Source: Marsupella aquatica
Taxonomy: Eukaryota > Plantae > Marchantiophyta
Length of the DNA: 64,000 nucleotides
Assembly (NCBI GenBank): GCA_973895155.1
Contig: OZ316896.1
Location: 4,115,495 to 4,179,494, forward strand
Reading direction: 5' to 3'
Both the position numbers and the translations under genes were made by a program. Of this stretch, positions 25,087-37,894 are shown piece by piece. How positions within the stretch are numbered: the stretch's first letter is position 1; each line of letters begins with the position of its first letter. A model generated the notes under the pieces. The model did no database searches and was not told the DNA's origin. It saw only the letters and a program-made list of their open reading frames with translations.

Positions 25087-27890
25087 TTACCGGATGTTGC
25101 AACTTTGTAGTGATAGTACACTAGAAGTTTGCTTATTTGATGGAGGTGAACCGAAAACCTTCCAAAACCGAAGTGTCTCGTCAGCGGCAGCAGAGACAAC
25201 CGACGTACCATCAGGACTCTGTACCAGATCCAATCATGAGGGTCAGTACCCATTATTCCTTACGCATATTTAATCCCAAGTTTGAACAATGTGAAAAAAA
25301 TATCCAAATAACTGAGTGATGGTATGATAAGAAAATGTCGAGGTCCAGTGCTACATAGTGTAGATGCTATCAAATTCCAATCATCTGTACAAGCCTTCAC
25401 GTACCTGTGCCAGATGGAGAACCCGAGCAGTGTGGCCAATCAACTCAGCTAATTTTAGCATTGTGGGATACTTCCAAACGCAGAGTTGATTTTGACTAAA
25501 TCCATGGCTGCTCAAGATTTCCTTTTGGTGTTGGCTCCATTGCAGTGCGCAGACCTATGCAAAAAAGGGACCTCATCAATCATTCAATTCATAGCTCATG
25601 TTGGTCATAAGAATTACTTCAGGCCGCCCACCAGACAATTCGAGGCCATGCTAGCAAACCAAAGTCACTGATTCAAGTGATAATCGTGGGTCAGATTCAT
25701 GCATTTTTACTTGGGTTGTTGAAACTTAGTGGGTTAGATCAGGGTACCGCAGAGTCTAAGCACTAGAGAGGCAGTGTAACCTAACACCACCATTCATATA
25801 AGAGCTTAACATGGGGCCTAGTGTGAGATGGAAAGAGACCTGTGAGTGAGTGTCAACACTGTCGATGCACGACCCTGTTTGGGTATTCCAAAACTTTATG
25901 CACCGGTCAGCTGTCCCTCCACCAGAGGCCAGCAGATTTGATTGAAAAGGACACCATGCAAGAGCCTTGACGGCAGCCTGATGCTCATCAAAACGATGGA
26001 GATACGGCGTGGATGATTGTGAAGATGAAGAAATTCCTGAGGACATGAAAGACTGGTCCCAAATGTGGAGGAGATTATCATTTCCTCCACTTGCCAGTTG
26101 TTGCCCTGATGGAGCCCACTTGAGACCGCACACTTCTTGACTGTGCGCCATGAATTGCGAGATCAAATGGTCTCTGATCCGCACTGAAGTTGAATTTTCA
26201 GATCACACGTATATAACAAAAGTGTGCCTCAGGATATTGTGTGGCTGGACCTTGCAACAACTCTGTTCTTTTCAATATTCTGATGGTGGTGTGTTATAAA
26301 GTAGTCAGGTGCAGGTAGTAGAAAGGATTTACATACCACTCATAACAACAGCAGGGACCATGAAGCTACCCCATCAATTTAAGTATCTAAGATGCTTGAT
26401 AGCAATCATTACCATCATGGTTTAGGATCTTGCTGTCACGGCCTCCTGACGATAGAGTTGAACCATTCCATGCTAGACTGCCAACCCGAGCAGAATGTGC
26501 CTTCAACCTCCGCACCTGTACAAACACATTATTGTTTGGTCGGTCTCTTACCAGAAAGAGGTGTTGAGAGAAAACGAAGGTTCCAGAATGATATGATGGA
26601 GGACTCCTTGGATAATTTTGATCTCAGAGAGACTAACACAGTATAAGAGGCGATTGCGTACCTGGAAATAGCGTGTTGCATCCCACAGTTGGAGTTCCTT
26701 GTTATTAAATCCCAGCGCGATGTGCTCTCCGTTTGGAGCCCAGGCAACACTAGTTATAAAGTCGTCCTCCGCATAGGTGCTCATGAGTTGATGAATGGCT
26801 CCTGTATCTGCATGCCACAGATACACAGTGGTTCCCAAAGCCACTGCAACCACATTCTTGCAGCTCCAATCCAGCAGATTCAGGTAGTAATCATCCACCA
26901 GCTCGGGAGCATCCAAAACTCTCTCTGGGACCTGGAACGTACAAATTCTTTTATCGGTCAGATGTCTTACCTGTCAAGCAAGAAGGGAAGCATGAATTTA
27001 TACTAGATGGCAGGTTGCTAACTTCTATTGTTCAATACAATGACATGATCCTCGCCTGGCCTGGACGTATGTTTTGTAAGCAGTGGAGTTTTGCTTCAGG
27101 AGAATAACTTACGGGAGAAATGCGTCTATAAAATTTTGGAGACAAAAACATCGCCTCTGGTGTATCTTCGATCGGATGGAGTTCAGGTGCAGGATAATGC
27201 TTCATTCTAGACGATGGGTCAACTCTTGTTTTGAAAGCAAGAATCGTTGGGCTCACCATTGCTTCGCAGTCATGAAATAGTTTCTGGGCCAATTTTCTCT
27301 TGTACTCTTCCTGGCAGTGGATAAACAAGGCAATGACTAAGCTATTATTTCATGATTGGTCAGCATCTTCAGTTGAGAAAACAGCTAGAAGGGCAACACT
27401 CGAAAGGTAAAGACTAATGAAGGAGCTACATCAAGACTAGAGTACAGTGTACTTGCTACTCACCCTGAGAGGCGATACAACCTCCACTTTTGACTTTGTA
27501 TTCTCCTTGGCATCTTGACTAAGATTGAAGTGTGCTATATCCACATCCATGGCGCTTCTTATAGGTATGAACCTATCTCCCTGTGGTACAACAAGGTTTG
27601 TCAGGGCTGGAGATCATAGCTGGAAATCTCTCGTAGTCATTAAGAATCGCCCACTACCCTAGAGCCACTGGTGCATGTCTCACAAATTGTATTACTGCTG
27701 AAACTTGGACGTTCGAAAGATTATTTTGAAGAGATTTATGTGAAATCTCAAAGTAACATCAGTGATGCCTTGTGTATTTCAAAAGCAGTGATAATGGTTG
27801 CTGATAAGATGCTCTGAGCACCTGAGTTGGAGTTCTGCAGCCAAAGTTGCAGGTGCGCAGCACACGGGACGGGGAGTAATTATCCAGCAT
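25087..27890 (-). CDS. CDC20: Cell division cycle 20 (APC/C co-activator, WD40)
   Basis: Exons 27890-27822 (tentative), 27580-27464 (C-box DRFIPIR, KEN box), 27310-27113 (TILAFK, MAD2-interaction-like), 26931-26662 ([16 protein letters not shown]), 26515-26413, 26183-25840 ([33 protein letters not shown]), 25554-25405 and 25218-25087 ending in the IR tail (SCNIR*). All junctions are GT-AG and in frame. Confidence 0.93.
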
Positions 27891-29149
27891 AGTGTCGTTT
27901 GGATAACTTTTGCCCAGTCAATGATGCCTCTTCCAGGGACTACTAGGGCTTACCAATGTCATCTTGTATTAGAGATTTCCAGAAGGCCTTCAGGCTCTAG
28001 CTTTGCATCAATCTGTCAACTCGAAGCCTATTCTACAATAGATGAAGTGCTTGAATGTGAAAACAGCTCCTGTAAGTCTCATTCGTGAACATAATAGACA
28101 TCGAACCCATGCATGATGCGCGGAGTCCATTTAAAATTAGCATTTGAACTATAACTTGCTTGGAAGTATCTTCTTGATGTCAATCGCCCGTTTGAGAAGC
28201 CAGTGTCGAGAACATTTGAAGTGCTCGATCAATTGTGGCATTTAGAATCAAGAAATAAGTAATACAGGGAACTAGGATGCTGATCATCTAAGGGAGCATT
28301 AAGAAGAGAGGAAGCTAGAAACTAAATCGATACTCGCATGGGAAGAATTAACTCGGATGCACGAACCAGCCCGCGGTGTCCGATGCAGTTTGAAACAGTA
28401 TCACAATTCCCCTGCAGCAAATTCCAAAGCATTTCTTGGGTGCTAGACTCTCAGTTGATGGCCACAGCAAACAAACTGACTCGCCCTTGTGGTAATGTCC
28501 AGCAAGCGAACAATATCGCCGGTGGGAATTTATTGACCAAATCCTACTGGCAAAAGAGTCTGAAAGTTTCTGTTGCCCTCTTCTTTCCGGGGTCGCTTCT
28601 GTCAATCCTTTCAAGACTACGTGTGCTCTACATTGGAGCACAGCACACTCCCTGTCTGTCTGGGTGCGGTCGTCAGTGCTTTAGCACAGGATGAGGCATT
28701 GACAGAATAGCGGCACGGTACCAAGAATGACAACGGAAAATCACGACGTTGTTCGTTAAACAATGGTTATCGAATCAGCAGCGAGCGTAACCGCCCGGTT
28801 GGCCAAACCGCTGTCAAGATTGTCACTCAACCAGATTTATAACCTGAACCGCCGCGCTTCTGCCAGCGCCTCAGGTCGCTGACGCGCTGACATCAGTGGA
28901 CGCTGATGAAGACGCTCCTCCGATTGTTCCACGCACCGTCTTCCACTCATGAGAGTTCCGTTTATCCTGAGAATTGCACCTCCAACCAAAGAGTGACAGA
29001 TTTTGTTGTTCTTTGCTTCGATGAACACTGTGCTTCGGACGGCCAAGAATCCAAAATCGTCGTCGGATGTGGAGATAGAAACATGGTGTTGTGTCACTTT
29101 TCTCTTGTCTAGCGACTGCACCTAAACTTTGCTGACCCTCCTTATCTGA

Positions 29150-29245
29150 CCAACATTGCTGATCACTTCTTTGATGACACTCTGGTTTGATGCTTGTCTC
29201 GCCGACATTGCTGATCACTTCTTTGATGACTATCTGGTTTGATGT
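29150..29245. repeat. Tandem duplication, 2 x ~54 bp
   Basis: ACATTGCTGATCACTTCTTTGATGAC..TCTGGTTTGATG occurs twice. Confidence 0.8.
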
Positions 29246-30952
29246 AGAGTGTGAGCAATGTGTTTGATTGACGACGAATCGAAATTGATGTGGCGCAATT
29301 CTGAATTGACTGGATGATTTGAAGCTCAGCTACAATAGTCAAAATTGCCAGGAACAGGTCTATTACTGGTTCTGTTCCATCGTTGCTACGGAATAGCTAA
29401 TCGCCTACTCAGTTGCGGTTGAGGTACAATGACAGCCTAGAAAGGGGAGCTCGAGTTCCACAGAGGAGATTGAATCTCACTGCACTGCAGCACCTCAATC
29501 TAATCAATTCTGAGTCACGTATCATCGGGTTTGGGACAGTTTGTCCATCTTATATTTCTCGATGTTGGGGACATTCTTTTCAGCGCCGGAGGGATTCCTT
29601 GTGATGTGCTGACGACTTTCGTAATGTTCAATCTATGTAGTACTGTTCTCGTCGGACCTCTCTTCGTTGATTGCGTGCATCGCAGGACATAATGGGCCAG
29701 ATTTGTAACGCAGAGATGCCACTCACACGTCTTTCGATAGTTTACATGCACTGAAGTTTATAACGGAATGTGGGTATCAATTCACATCAATGCTGAGTGT
29801 ATGTTTACCGACACGAAGACCTCGAAAGATACTCTTCATGGTTCAGAGTGAGTCTGTCTCACGATTCTTGGGGAAAGATTCAGACAATTGGCAATTGCCT
29901 GTGGAGATCTTGTTGGAATTTCCTTCTTCTTGCAATCTTAAAACCTGAGATTGTTTCTCTCATTGCCATATCGATGACAATTCTGGATTATACTCTGAAT
30001 TCCCTTCGTAGGTAGGTTGTATGGAGTGGCTGTTGAAATATTTTTGCTCAGCAGCCTCAACAGAACACAACATTCACGTGCATTCTCTACTCTATGCTCG
30101 ATGTATAATCAAACATGACAATTCTTCTTTGCCGACCCTTCGCTAGTAGAATCATTTACAAACATGCCCAAAAATGCAGGTGTTGGATTTGGAAGCTTAG
30201 GCAAGTTAGACCACGTCTAAGCAATTCTGTCAAAACGTTGAAAGGCCTTCTCACCCCATTGTTAAACCAAAGAAAGACACACAAGGGGCTGCAAGAGAAA
30301 GCCATGGCTCGGATTTGGAAAGAAAAGCTTGAATTAAGCCTGTTCCTAACAATTACATGAAAACAGTTTACAAGCCTGTATACAATTCATCAAACGAGGC
30401 CAAGTCTTAGCAGACTTCCCAAAAAGTTGATATGCCTCGTCACGGCTCTCCGTGCAGAACCGAGACCAGTGAGGAGATGACGGATGCTCATCAGCAGCGC
30501 GTCGAGGGAATCGTTGCTCAGCAGAGAATGTCCTTGAGATAGATGCGTTCCGGATGCGTTGTTCGACGATTTCGCTGAAACCACAACTCGAAAAGATACG
30601 ACAGAAGCAAAAAGTAAAAACTCGAGCTTTACTTTCCTCACCTCACTGCCATTAATTTTCAGTCCAAGCCCAATGCAAGTCAAAATGAGCTGCACAGCAG
30701 GCAGCACTCAACGAATTCAAAATACTGGCTGGTACGTAGGACAACAACCTCCCACTTCAGTAGCAAACGATCTATGGACACGATCAAAAAATTTCCCGCG
30801 AAACGAATATATATCTATACATTCTTCCCAGCAGGACCGCTCCTGGCCAGGACACAAGGGCCAAGTTCTCCACTCTCCGGAAATACGATATTGATCGACA
30901 TACTTTCTTCCGATGATATCTGCAAGACACAAAATCCGCGATGCAAAGCTCA

Positions 30953-31543
30953 CTAAGCCAGGACTGCTTTTGCAAGACGATCAGCATGCTGATTATGCTC
31001 TCTAGGTACTTTCCAGAAGCGGATCTTAGCCCCACAATTTTCCCATGCACTGATGAGATCGTGCAACTCTCTAATGCCGTCGCCATTGACCACCGGCCGA
31101 CCGCTGGCAGTCATGAAGCCATTATTAACCCATTTGTAGACATAGTCAGTGATGGCCCTGACCAGATAGTCGGAGTCACTGACGATGACAACGCCGTTAT
31201 TGCAAACCCCCCATCGCATGTCCTCCAAAATCACCTGCGCCACGTGAGTTGCGGCATAGATCTCTGCAGCCTGACTGGTTTGCCTCTGATTGTAGGGTAG
31301 ACAGCCACTCGTGTTGTAGCAGGAATCCTGCCCGGTATAGACACCATACGCAGCTCTGGCCCCGGGCATGCCGTTTCCCCTGCACGCACCATCGATCCAA
31401 ATGACCATAGGCATTCTGCTGCGCATGTTCACTGGATATACACGTGACACTTCATTGTCATCGTCATACCACACAATGTCAGACGGATCCGCCGACGCAG
31501 AGAACCCTATGCGAGTGGGGTCGAAGACACGCGAACTAGCCAT
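30953..31543 (-). CDS. Ribonuclease H1-like protein, intronless, fungal-type motif pattern
   Basis: Open ORF from MASSRVF (ATG 31543). All four acidic catalytic residues are present: IWIDGACRGNG, QTSQAAE, VSDSDY and NQHADRLAK. It also has the basic-protrusion segment YVYKWVNNGF. No RT or integrase is adjacent. Confidence 0.88.
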   Translation of the reverse strand: MASSRVFDPTRIGFSASADPSDIVWYDDDNEVSRVYPVNMRSRMPMVIWIDGACRGNGMPGARAAYGVYTGQDSCYNTSGCLPYNQRQTSQAAEIYAATHVAQVILEDMRWGVCNNGVVIVSDSDYLVRAITDYVYKWVNNGFMTASGRPVVNGDGIRELHDLISAWENCGAKIRFWKVPREHNQHADRLAKAVLA

Positions 31544-31927
31544 TAGATTGATCGTCCAGAGTTTTGTATCTACAGGATTGTTTACTTTTAATATGTAAAA
31601 CATGCACAAGTGGTCCACAGATCGACGATTGGAATGTCATGAAATACCCAAATAAACCAAAGTCTGTCAACGGATGACCAAAACAAACGAACGAATTTAG
31701 CAACCAATGCTCCGGAAGGATAGCACAAGAGTCCACAGGCCCGTATCTATTAGACTGCGCTTGGTCGAATAGCGAGTCGGAGTAATCATCAGCGTATATG
31801 GTCTGAAATCTCCGCTGTAGGCTGGCTCCTCTGATTGCTGCTAGATCTGAAGTTTTACTGTGCCCAAGCAGTTGGACTGTAACTTGGTAGAGATCAAAAA
31901 CTTATGGGTTTATACAATATTGAAAAT

Positions 31928-32230
31928 TGGAAGGCTATGTGAGAACCATGGAAAAATGAATGGGTTACATACTTCCATTATGAGAAGAATTGTGAGTACT
32001 GAAAACCCATGAGAGTTAAATCTCCATTTCCATGACGAGTAGAATTAATCTCGAGAACTGGAACTCCAGGCCACGAGAGAGGCCTGGAAAATGAATCAGT
32101 TAAATCTCCACTTCCGTAATGAGTAGAACTAATCTCGAGAACTGGAAGGCTATGAGACAGGCCTGGAGAAGGAACGAGTTAAACCTCCACTTCCATAGTG
32201 AGTAAAATCCTTAGAACTGGAAGGCTATCC
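31928..32230. repeat. Degenerate tandem array, ~4 x ~80 bp
   Basis: Recurring GAGTTAAATCTCCACTTCC..GAGTAGAA..TCTCGAGAACTGGAAGGCTATG units. Confidence 0.75.
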
Positions 32231-34158
32231 TATATCGAGCCCTGGAAAAACAAGTAAAATCTCACCTGGACAATGGATTTCATGGGCGTTCAATATCTGT
32301 TCCAAATGAGTATTTCTTGAGTAATATGGTGGAAATGTGTGTTCTTCATTGCTTAGAAGTTGGGACAGAGAAGCCTGATCAGTCAGAGCTGTGAGTTGAC
32401 GCGAGGATACTTCGATCTCTGCTACCGTGCTCAAACTTGGGTCGTTTGCCAGGCATTTCTCTTGAATAGATCACAATTGGACTTGTACACTTTTAGGATC
32501 ATTTCTCTAGCTTTTAAAAAGTCTAGGAGTAGAGCAAGGAAAAAGAAATTGCCACCTCCTACAGTCAGGAATGACATAGGGGCCCAATTGGCCCAGTAGC
32601 TGGCCAATTGACCAAAGCCTTCAATGCCTCTCTTCTTGCATTCCTCACTAACGTTGCTCAGTTCCAAAATTTGCCTCAATAGTTTTCAGATAGTTCACAT
32701 ACATTTATGTTCAGTAGTGTGAAAGATGAGCAAACAAGAACTTGCTGAGGCAGTTTCCTCTTTCAGAAGACATAAGTGGAATGCACCTTTTGATCACACC
32801 TTTCGGGTGACCCAGCTTCTCCTTACTTCAATCTGGATAATTCAATTGTAGTTAAGAGAAAATTAGTTGGAAGAGGAGGGCACAATGTATACTCTGTCTG
32901 AACCGTTACATAATGATTTCACAGAAAGGCCTGCATCATCCCGTATGAGGAACACTAGTCCCTCCGACAGAAAGACCCAAGGAAATAAAGTGAATTTAGC
33001 GTGAAGCGCTCTTCTGTTCCATCATTGCACCATTTGTGATGCGCATCATGATATTTCTAGCAGCATCAAAACGGCATACGATGAGCTTCGGAAAGTGTTA
33101 AATTGAATAAATTATCCAAGTATCTATATTTGTGTTTCGACTAAAATCTGTATTACAATGCACTTGGTCCTGGATATTACTTTAGGCACGATTTGGCGGG
33201 TGGCTCATGTGCGAGGACACAATTCAAGACGAAGTTATGAAAGATCATAAAGCTCAAGTGCTGTTTCCTTCTGTGTGTCTATTCCGTTTTGCTTGCCATC
33301 GGTTAAGGAAATGTTTGGTGACTTCCAAGATTGATATGCAAAATCGATGTTGTAGGGCTGAAGAAATTCGATGTGACAAATGCATAGGGAAAAGTGATAG
33401 CGCTGGTGTAATTGCACACGCACCCTGCGTTGACTAATCAAATCATTGCATTTCTGTTCCAATGGAAACTTGTCAGAATAACTCAGTAGTACACAGGTTA
33501 TAGCCATTGCAGCTAATCAATTTGTGGTCACGCACTTGACATAGGGACCAATACGGGCCTCATGTTTCCTTCCTTACCTTGAAAGAACTATGTGTTTTGC
33601 GGTACAACCCAGACCTCCAACAGTTTTGGAGTCCCAGTAGAATAACTCTTTGAGGAAGAGTAGATTGACCTACTCAGTGTCAACTGGCTACATATGAATT
33701 ATTTGGACAAACTTCGAAGGGGCGTGCCTCATGTCGTTGCAGAGATTATCCACTGCTTGTGACTACAAATACACTGACATCGATAGATGATCGAATGGCT
33801 TCAAAGCTAGCCCCGACCATGGAAGATCATGCGGGGTAGTATTTACAAAACCTGAGAAGCTAGCCGCAGACGGGATTAAAAATCCTTTTCAGTTAATCAA
33901 GACTACAATCAAATAACCACATCTATAGCATGTAAACTAGTTGTCATGTACACATGCAACGGGAGGATTCCTCCCTAGAAGGCACTCATCATGACCACGA
34001 AGGTCACAGATGACAGGTAGTACAACTCTCTAGAGATTTTGGATTTCCAGAAAAAGCTGGGGCCAGAAGGGGTTTTGGCCAAGCCTTGTCCTTTGCTCAG
34101 ATGGTTGCGATCATAAAGTGGTACACACCTGGCTTTGGGAGCCGACAGACAGGAATTT

Positions 34159-37100
34159 TCAGAAGATGTATTCTGGCACCTCCAGTGGAAACCGTCCGAC
34201 ATACGCATTAAAGTCAGCCCCAGTTGGTTTCATAATCCTGCATTCAGGTTGCTTTAGATTAGTCATACATCATTCGTGCCTTGGTGGAGAATCTACGAAA
34301 ACTCCAACTAAAACTAGCGCCAAACCCATACTCAATCTTCACATCCACATTTTTTGTTAAAAGTGACGGGCGATTTTGAATACACGCTGAATCTGATGAC
34401 ACAAACACACCAAGCAGTACAAGGTATTCAACTGGAAAAGTTGTACGCACAGGCCAGGAACAAAAGTGAAGTCCCCTTCAATTGTGCCTGTCTTGCTCTT
34501 CAAACCAGTGCAGCTTTGATACACGAACTCTCTTCGACCTGCATGGAGAATCGGATACTGGCACACGAATACAATAACTTATGAGAGATCGAATGAAATG
34601 TGATATCCACTGTTTACAGAACTCATGGGATGGTTCCATTTACCTTTGCGAACGTCCTAACCGACTAAAAGACATCCACCTTAGTCTCACTGTGTACTTA
34701 AGACCTATCTGCAAGGACTCAGCTTCTGCTCATGTAATCTGTACACCGTAAACACTCCGTCTCGGGATCCCAATTCAAATCTTTATGTAATGTATGTGAC
34801 AGGGATCCGGATAAGTGTGGGAGACAAGACAACTTTTGAAGGACTTATCGCACAACATTCACGGAAAGTAAAGATGTAGGAAAGTGGAGTACAAACCCTG
34901 CCAATAACAGCTTCCCCTCTCACTTCAGTTGGTGGTAATCCATCCGGCTTAATGAACCAGTGCCGCGCCAAAAGTTGAGCCGACTCCAAACAGGAGTCAC
35001 CGTTTTTACTGCTTGGAGATAACAACCGCATGCTCACCGAATACGTGAAAAAATAGCAGTCATCAAGGCCTTCCTCGGTCGTTGATTCTTCTGGTACAAA
35101 TGCGGCAGAAGTTCGTATCTGGACAATTAGACGGGACTTTTAAGAACCACCAGTGTTGCAAACATGTTGTTTCCACGGGGACTGTCATGCCAGGTTGCTA
35201 TTGCTTCCTTGGGTCTGCCAGCCCGATGAGCTGAGTGAGTTTTATAACCATTTCATACCAATCAGAGCAGTGACTGATACTTAGAGCACAAATCACACTT
35301 AGACAATCAGGCACTAACACCGTAGCTGGTTCGAAAAAGAACCGTCACACAGATGATACCATTCATCGAAGACTATAAAGGAAAATAAATAGACCACCAA
35401 CTCTAGGCTGAGCACTTCACCTGTATCCCTTTCGTTATAGCTTCTGAGCAGAGAGGCTCTTTCAACGGAAATAAGCTGATACTGCGGATTCGCTTTTCAA
35501 CGCGCACATTGTACATCCCTGTTTGCAGACAATGATTGTACCGTTCCAGCCATCGCAGCATGCCATCTTTTAAATGAACCCCACCTCCTTCATTTGGAGT
35601 ACAAGGCATCATTTCTCCGTTGTCCTTCAAGTTTCGGGTACCAACATAGACTTGGCCATTGTCACAATCCAGAAAGAATACTTTCAGTGAGTTGAAAGAT
35701 GCTGCAATCACCACTCGTCTTGAGACGTTGGCGTTGTGCCTGGGTTGGGAGTCCCGAACAGCAATTGTCCACTGCACCAACTGGTCAAGGGGTAACAAGC
35801 GGACATTGACGAAAGTCTGGTAGAAGTAGTAGCCACCTAGCAGCCCCATCCGGTTGATCGATTGAGCATCATTCTCATCGTCGTACTCGTCATCGGATGG
35901 AATTTCCTGCCCATTACAAAGCTGATACAGTAGTCGCACAGGAGCAGGCAACTGGAGACCAATTTCTTTTTCTGCTGCCTTTATCTCCTCTAAAGAAGCT
36001 CCAGGAGCCAGTGAATCCAGCACCTCCACGAAGTTGATTCTCAACCAGTCTTTAATACTGTCCCAACACCGCTTCGCTCTTGCCACCAGTGGTTTCGGAT
36101 AGTCCTCAAGTATCAGTTGCCAGGATTTATAAGTTTCCTGCAAATCATCAGAAAATCCATCCATTTTGAGGCTTTCATGCCAAAATCTCAAAATTTGATT
36201 CTTCACGTCATCCAGGTACAAGAAGGCAAAGTAATACTCTCGGTCTCACGGGTGATGGACCAAAACCGACGTCCAGCCCAACTAGAAAATTTAGGGACCA
36301 AACTACGAGGATCACTATGAAAGGAGATCTTGTTTGATTAATATTCGATTCCTGGGTACCCCCATGTTTGGGAGATGAGAGTTGAGGGAGAGTCTCGAAA
36401 AATATTGCAAGCTGTCATATGCTACAACAAAAATTCTCCCATAGCTGGAAGATTTGATCCTTTCCTGTGTAATATCTTATGTCAATCTTGGTCATTTCTT
36501 TGGGGCTAAATCCTAACCGTCCTGACTTCACAGGCAGCCTGGAACAGTGTGCCACAGCGGAAAAGACCCAATTCCTGTAGGGACCTCAAGTCATTCATGC
36601 ATTCTTCCCTTTCCTCTCATTTAGGAATCCGATAAATATGATCTTGTACTTAATTTTGGATCTAATACTAATCCTGAATCTAGTTTTCAGTATGATCCAC
36701 TCTAATCGCCAGCTAGACTACTCATGATGGTATCTCCGACTACGATGGCATACACAGATTCCACGACTGCACACTCAACCAGACCATCATTCTTATCCAT
36801 CAGCTCGAACAATGTCGTCCATCTAATTAGTCTTGGGAAACCCTGCTCCCATCCCAACTGCAATCCTCACATGGCTCTTTTCAGAATCAGACGAATTACG
36901 ACTCTCAATCAGGAACAATTGGTTGGTTCCCCTAAATTAGATCCTTCAAATCTCTCTCTGCAGGCCATTCAATATTTAGTCAGGCCAGTCCCTGGACATG
37001 GCATTCTCAAATTATCAATACTTGGTGAACATCAGGTCAAGATAAAGGAGACTCAGTACTTTGCGGGATGAAACTCAGCAGTTAGGGCATCAAACAGGAC

Positions 37101-37714
37101 AACCAAATTACGTAATTCGCCCTAGCTAACCACTACCAAATGCTCGCCAGTCCGTCCAGAGAACATATCTCCGACGAAGAAGCCCATGCAGATAAAATTC
37201 ATAAGGATAGTGGCGTGCGATCCCATGGTGAGGTGCATAACACGTAGTGCCTCGTCTTCAAGGACTGGACAGTTTTATTACGTTGTGGTGCTGCCCTGTG
37301 TAATCCGCAAGCGGAGTCACGAACTTGAGTAAATCCAGGACAAGAAATTGTTCATTTCGAAGGTTTGCTTGATGATAATGAATCACAACGACGTTGCAGA
37401 ACCAATCCAGACGTGGAATCAGTTACTAATCGTCCCACCCGACGCTGGACAACCGCAATTGGCGACCTGACGACTCTCGAGGAGGCTGACAAAAACTAAG
37501 CGTACACACGCACCTTGAAGGACTTGCACGGAAAACCCTGCGGGTCCTGCTTGGTCGAAACGGAGAAGTCGCGAAGGCAGAAGCTCCGCCAGAGCTCGTC
37601 GTCGCTGTGGATTCGGCTCCATCTCCGGCTCACACATCCGGCTCGCGCGCAATCGCTTGCATCCGTCTTCGCGAGTACGCTCTGCAGAATTGCTCCAGGC
37701 AGCTGATCGTCCAT
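34159..37714 (-). CDS. SKIP16: F-box protein with SMI1/KNR4 and ApaG domains (SKIP16-like)
   Basis: Exons 37714-37514 (F-box: LPGAILQSVL..ARAGCVSRRW..DDELWRSFC), 36137-35421 (SMI1/KNR4: LAPGASLEEIKAAEKEIGLQLP..NGQE), 35118-34897 and 34557-34451 (ApaG: AQLLARHWFI..EVRGEAVIGRYP..FVYQSC..IEGDFTFVPG) and 34237-34159 ending FPLEVPEYIF*. Confidence 0.92.
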
Positions 37715-37727
37715 TATTGCAACTTCT

Positions 37728-37776
37728 CTCTTCCCTTCCCTTCCCTTCCGTTCCCTTCCCTTCCCTTCCCTTCCCC
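37728..37776. repeat. (CCCTT)n microsatellite just upstream of the SKIP16-like start codon
   Basis: About 9 near-perfect CTTCC/CCCTT units are directly visible. Confidence 0.9.
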
Positions 37777-37894
37777 TCGCTTCGCTTCCGATCGAGCTTC
37801 TGTCTCTCTGCTCAATCTCGAAAGATGGACGAGAAGCTTTGTTTCTACGGGAAGACCACTGTTCTGAACTCTATTCCAATCTGTTACAGTCATA

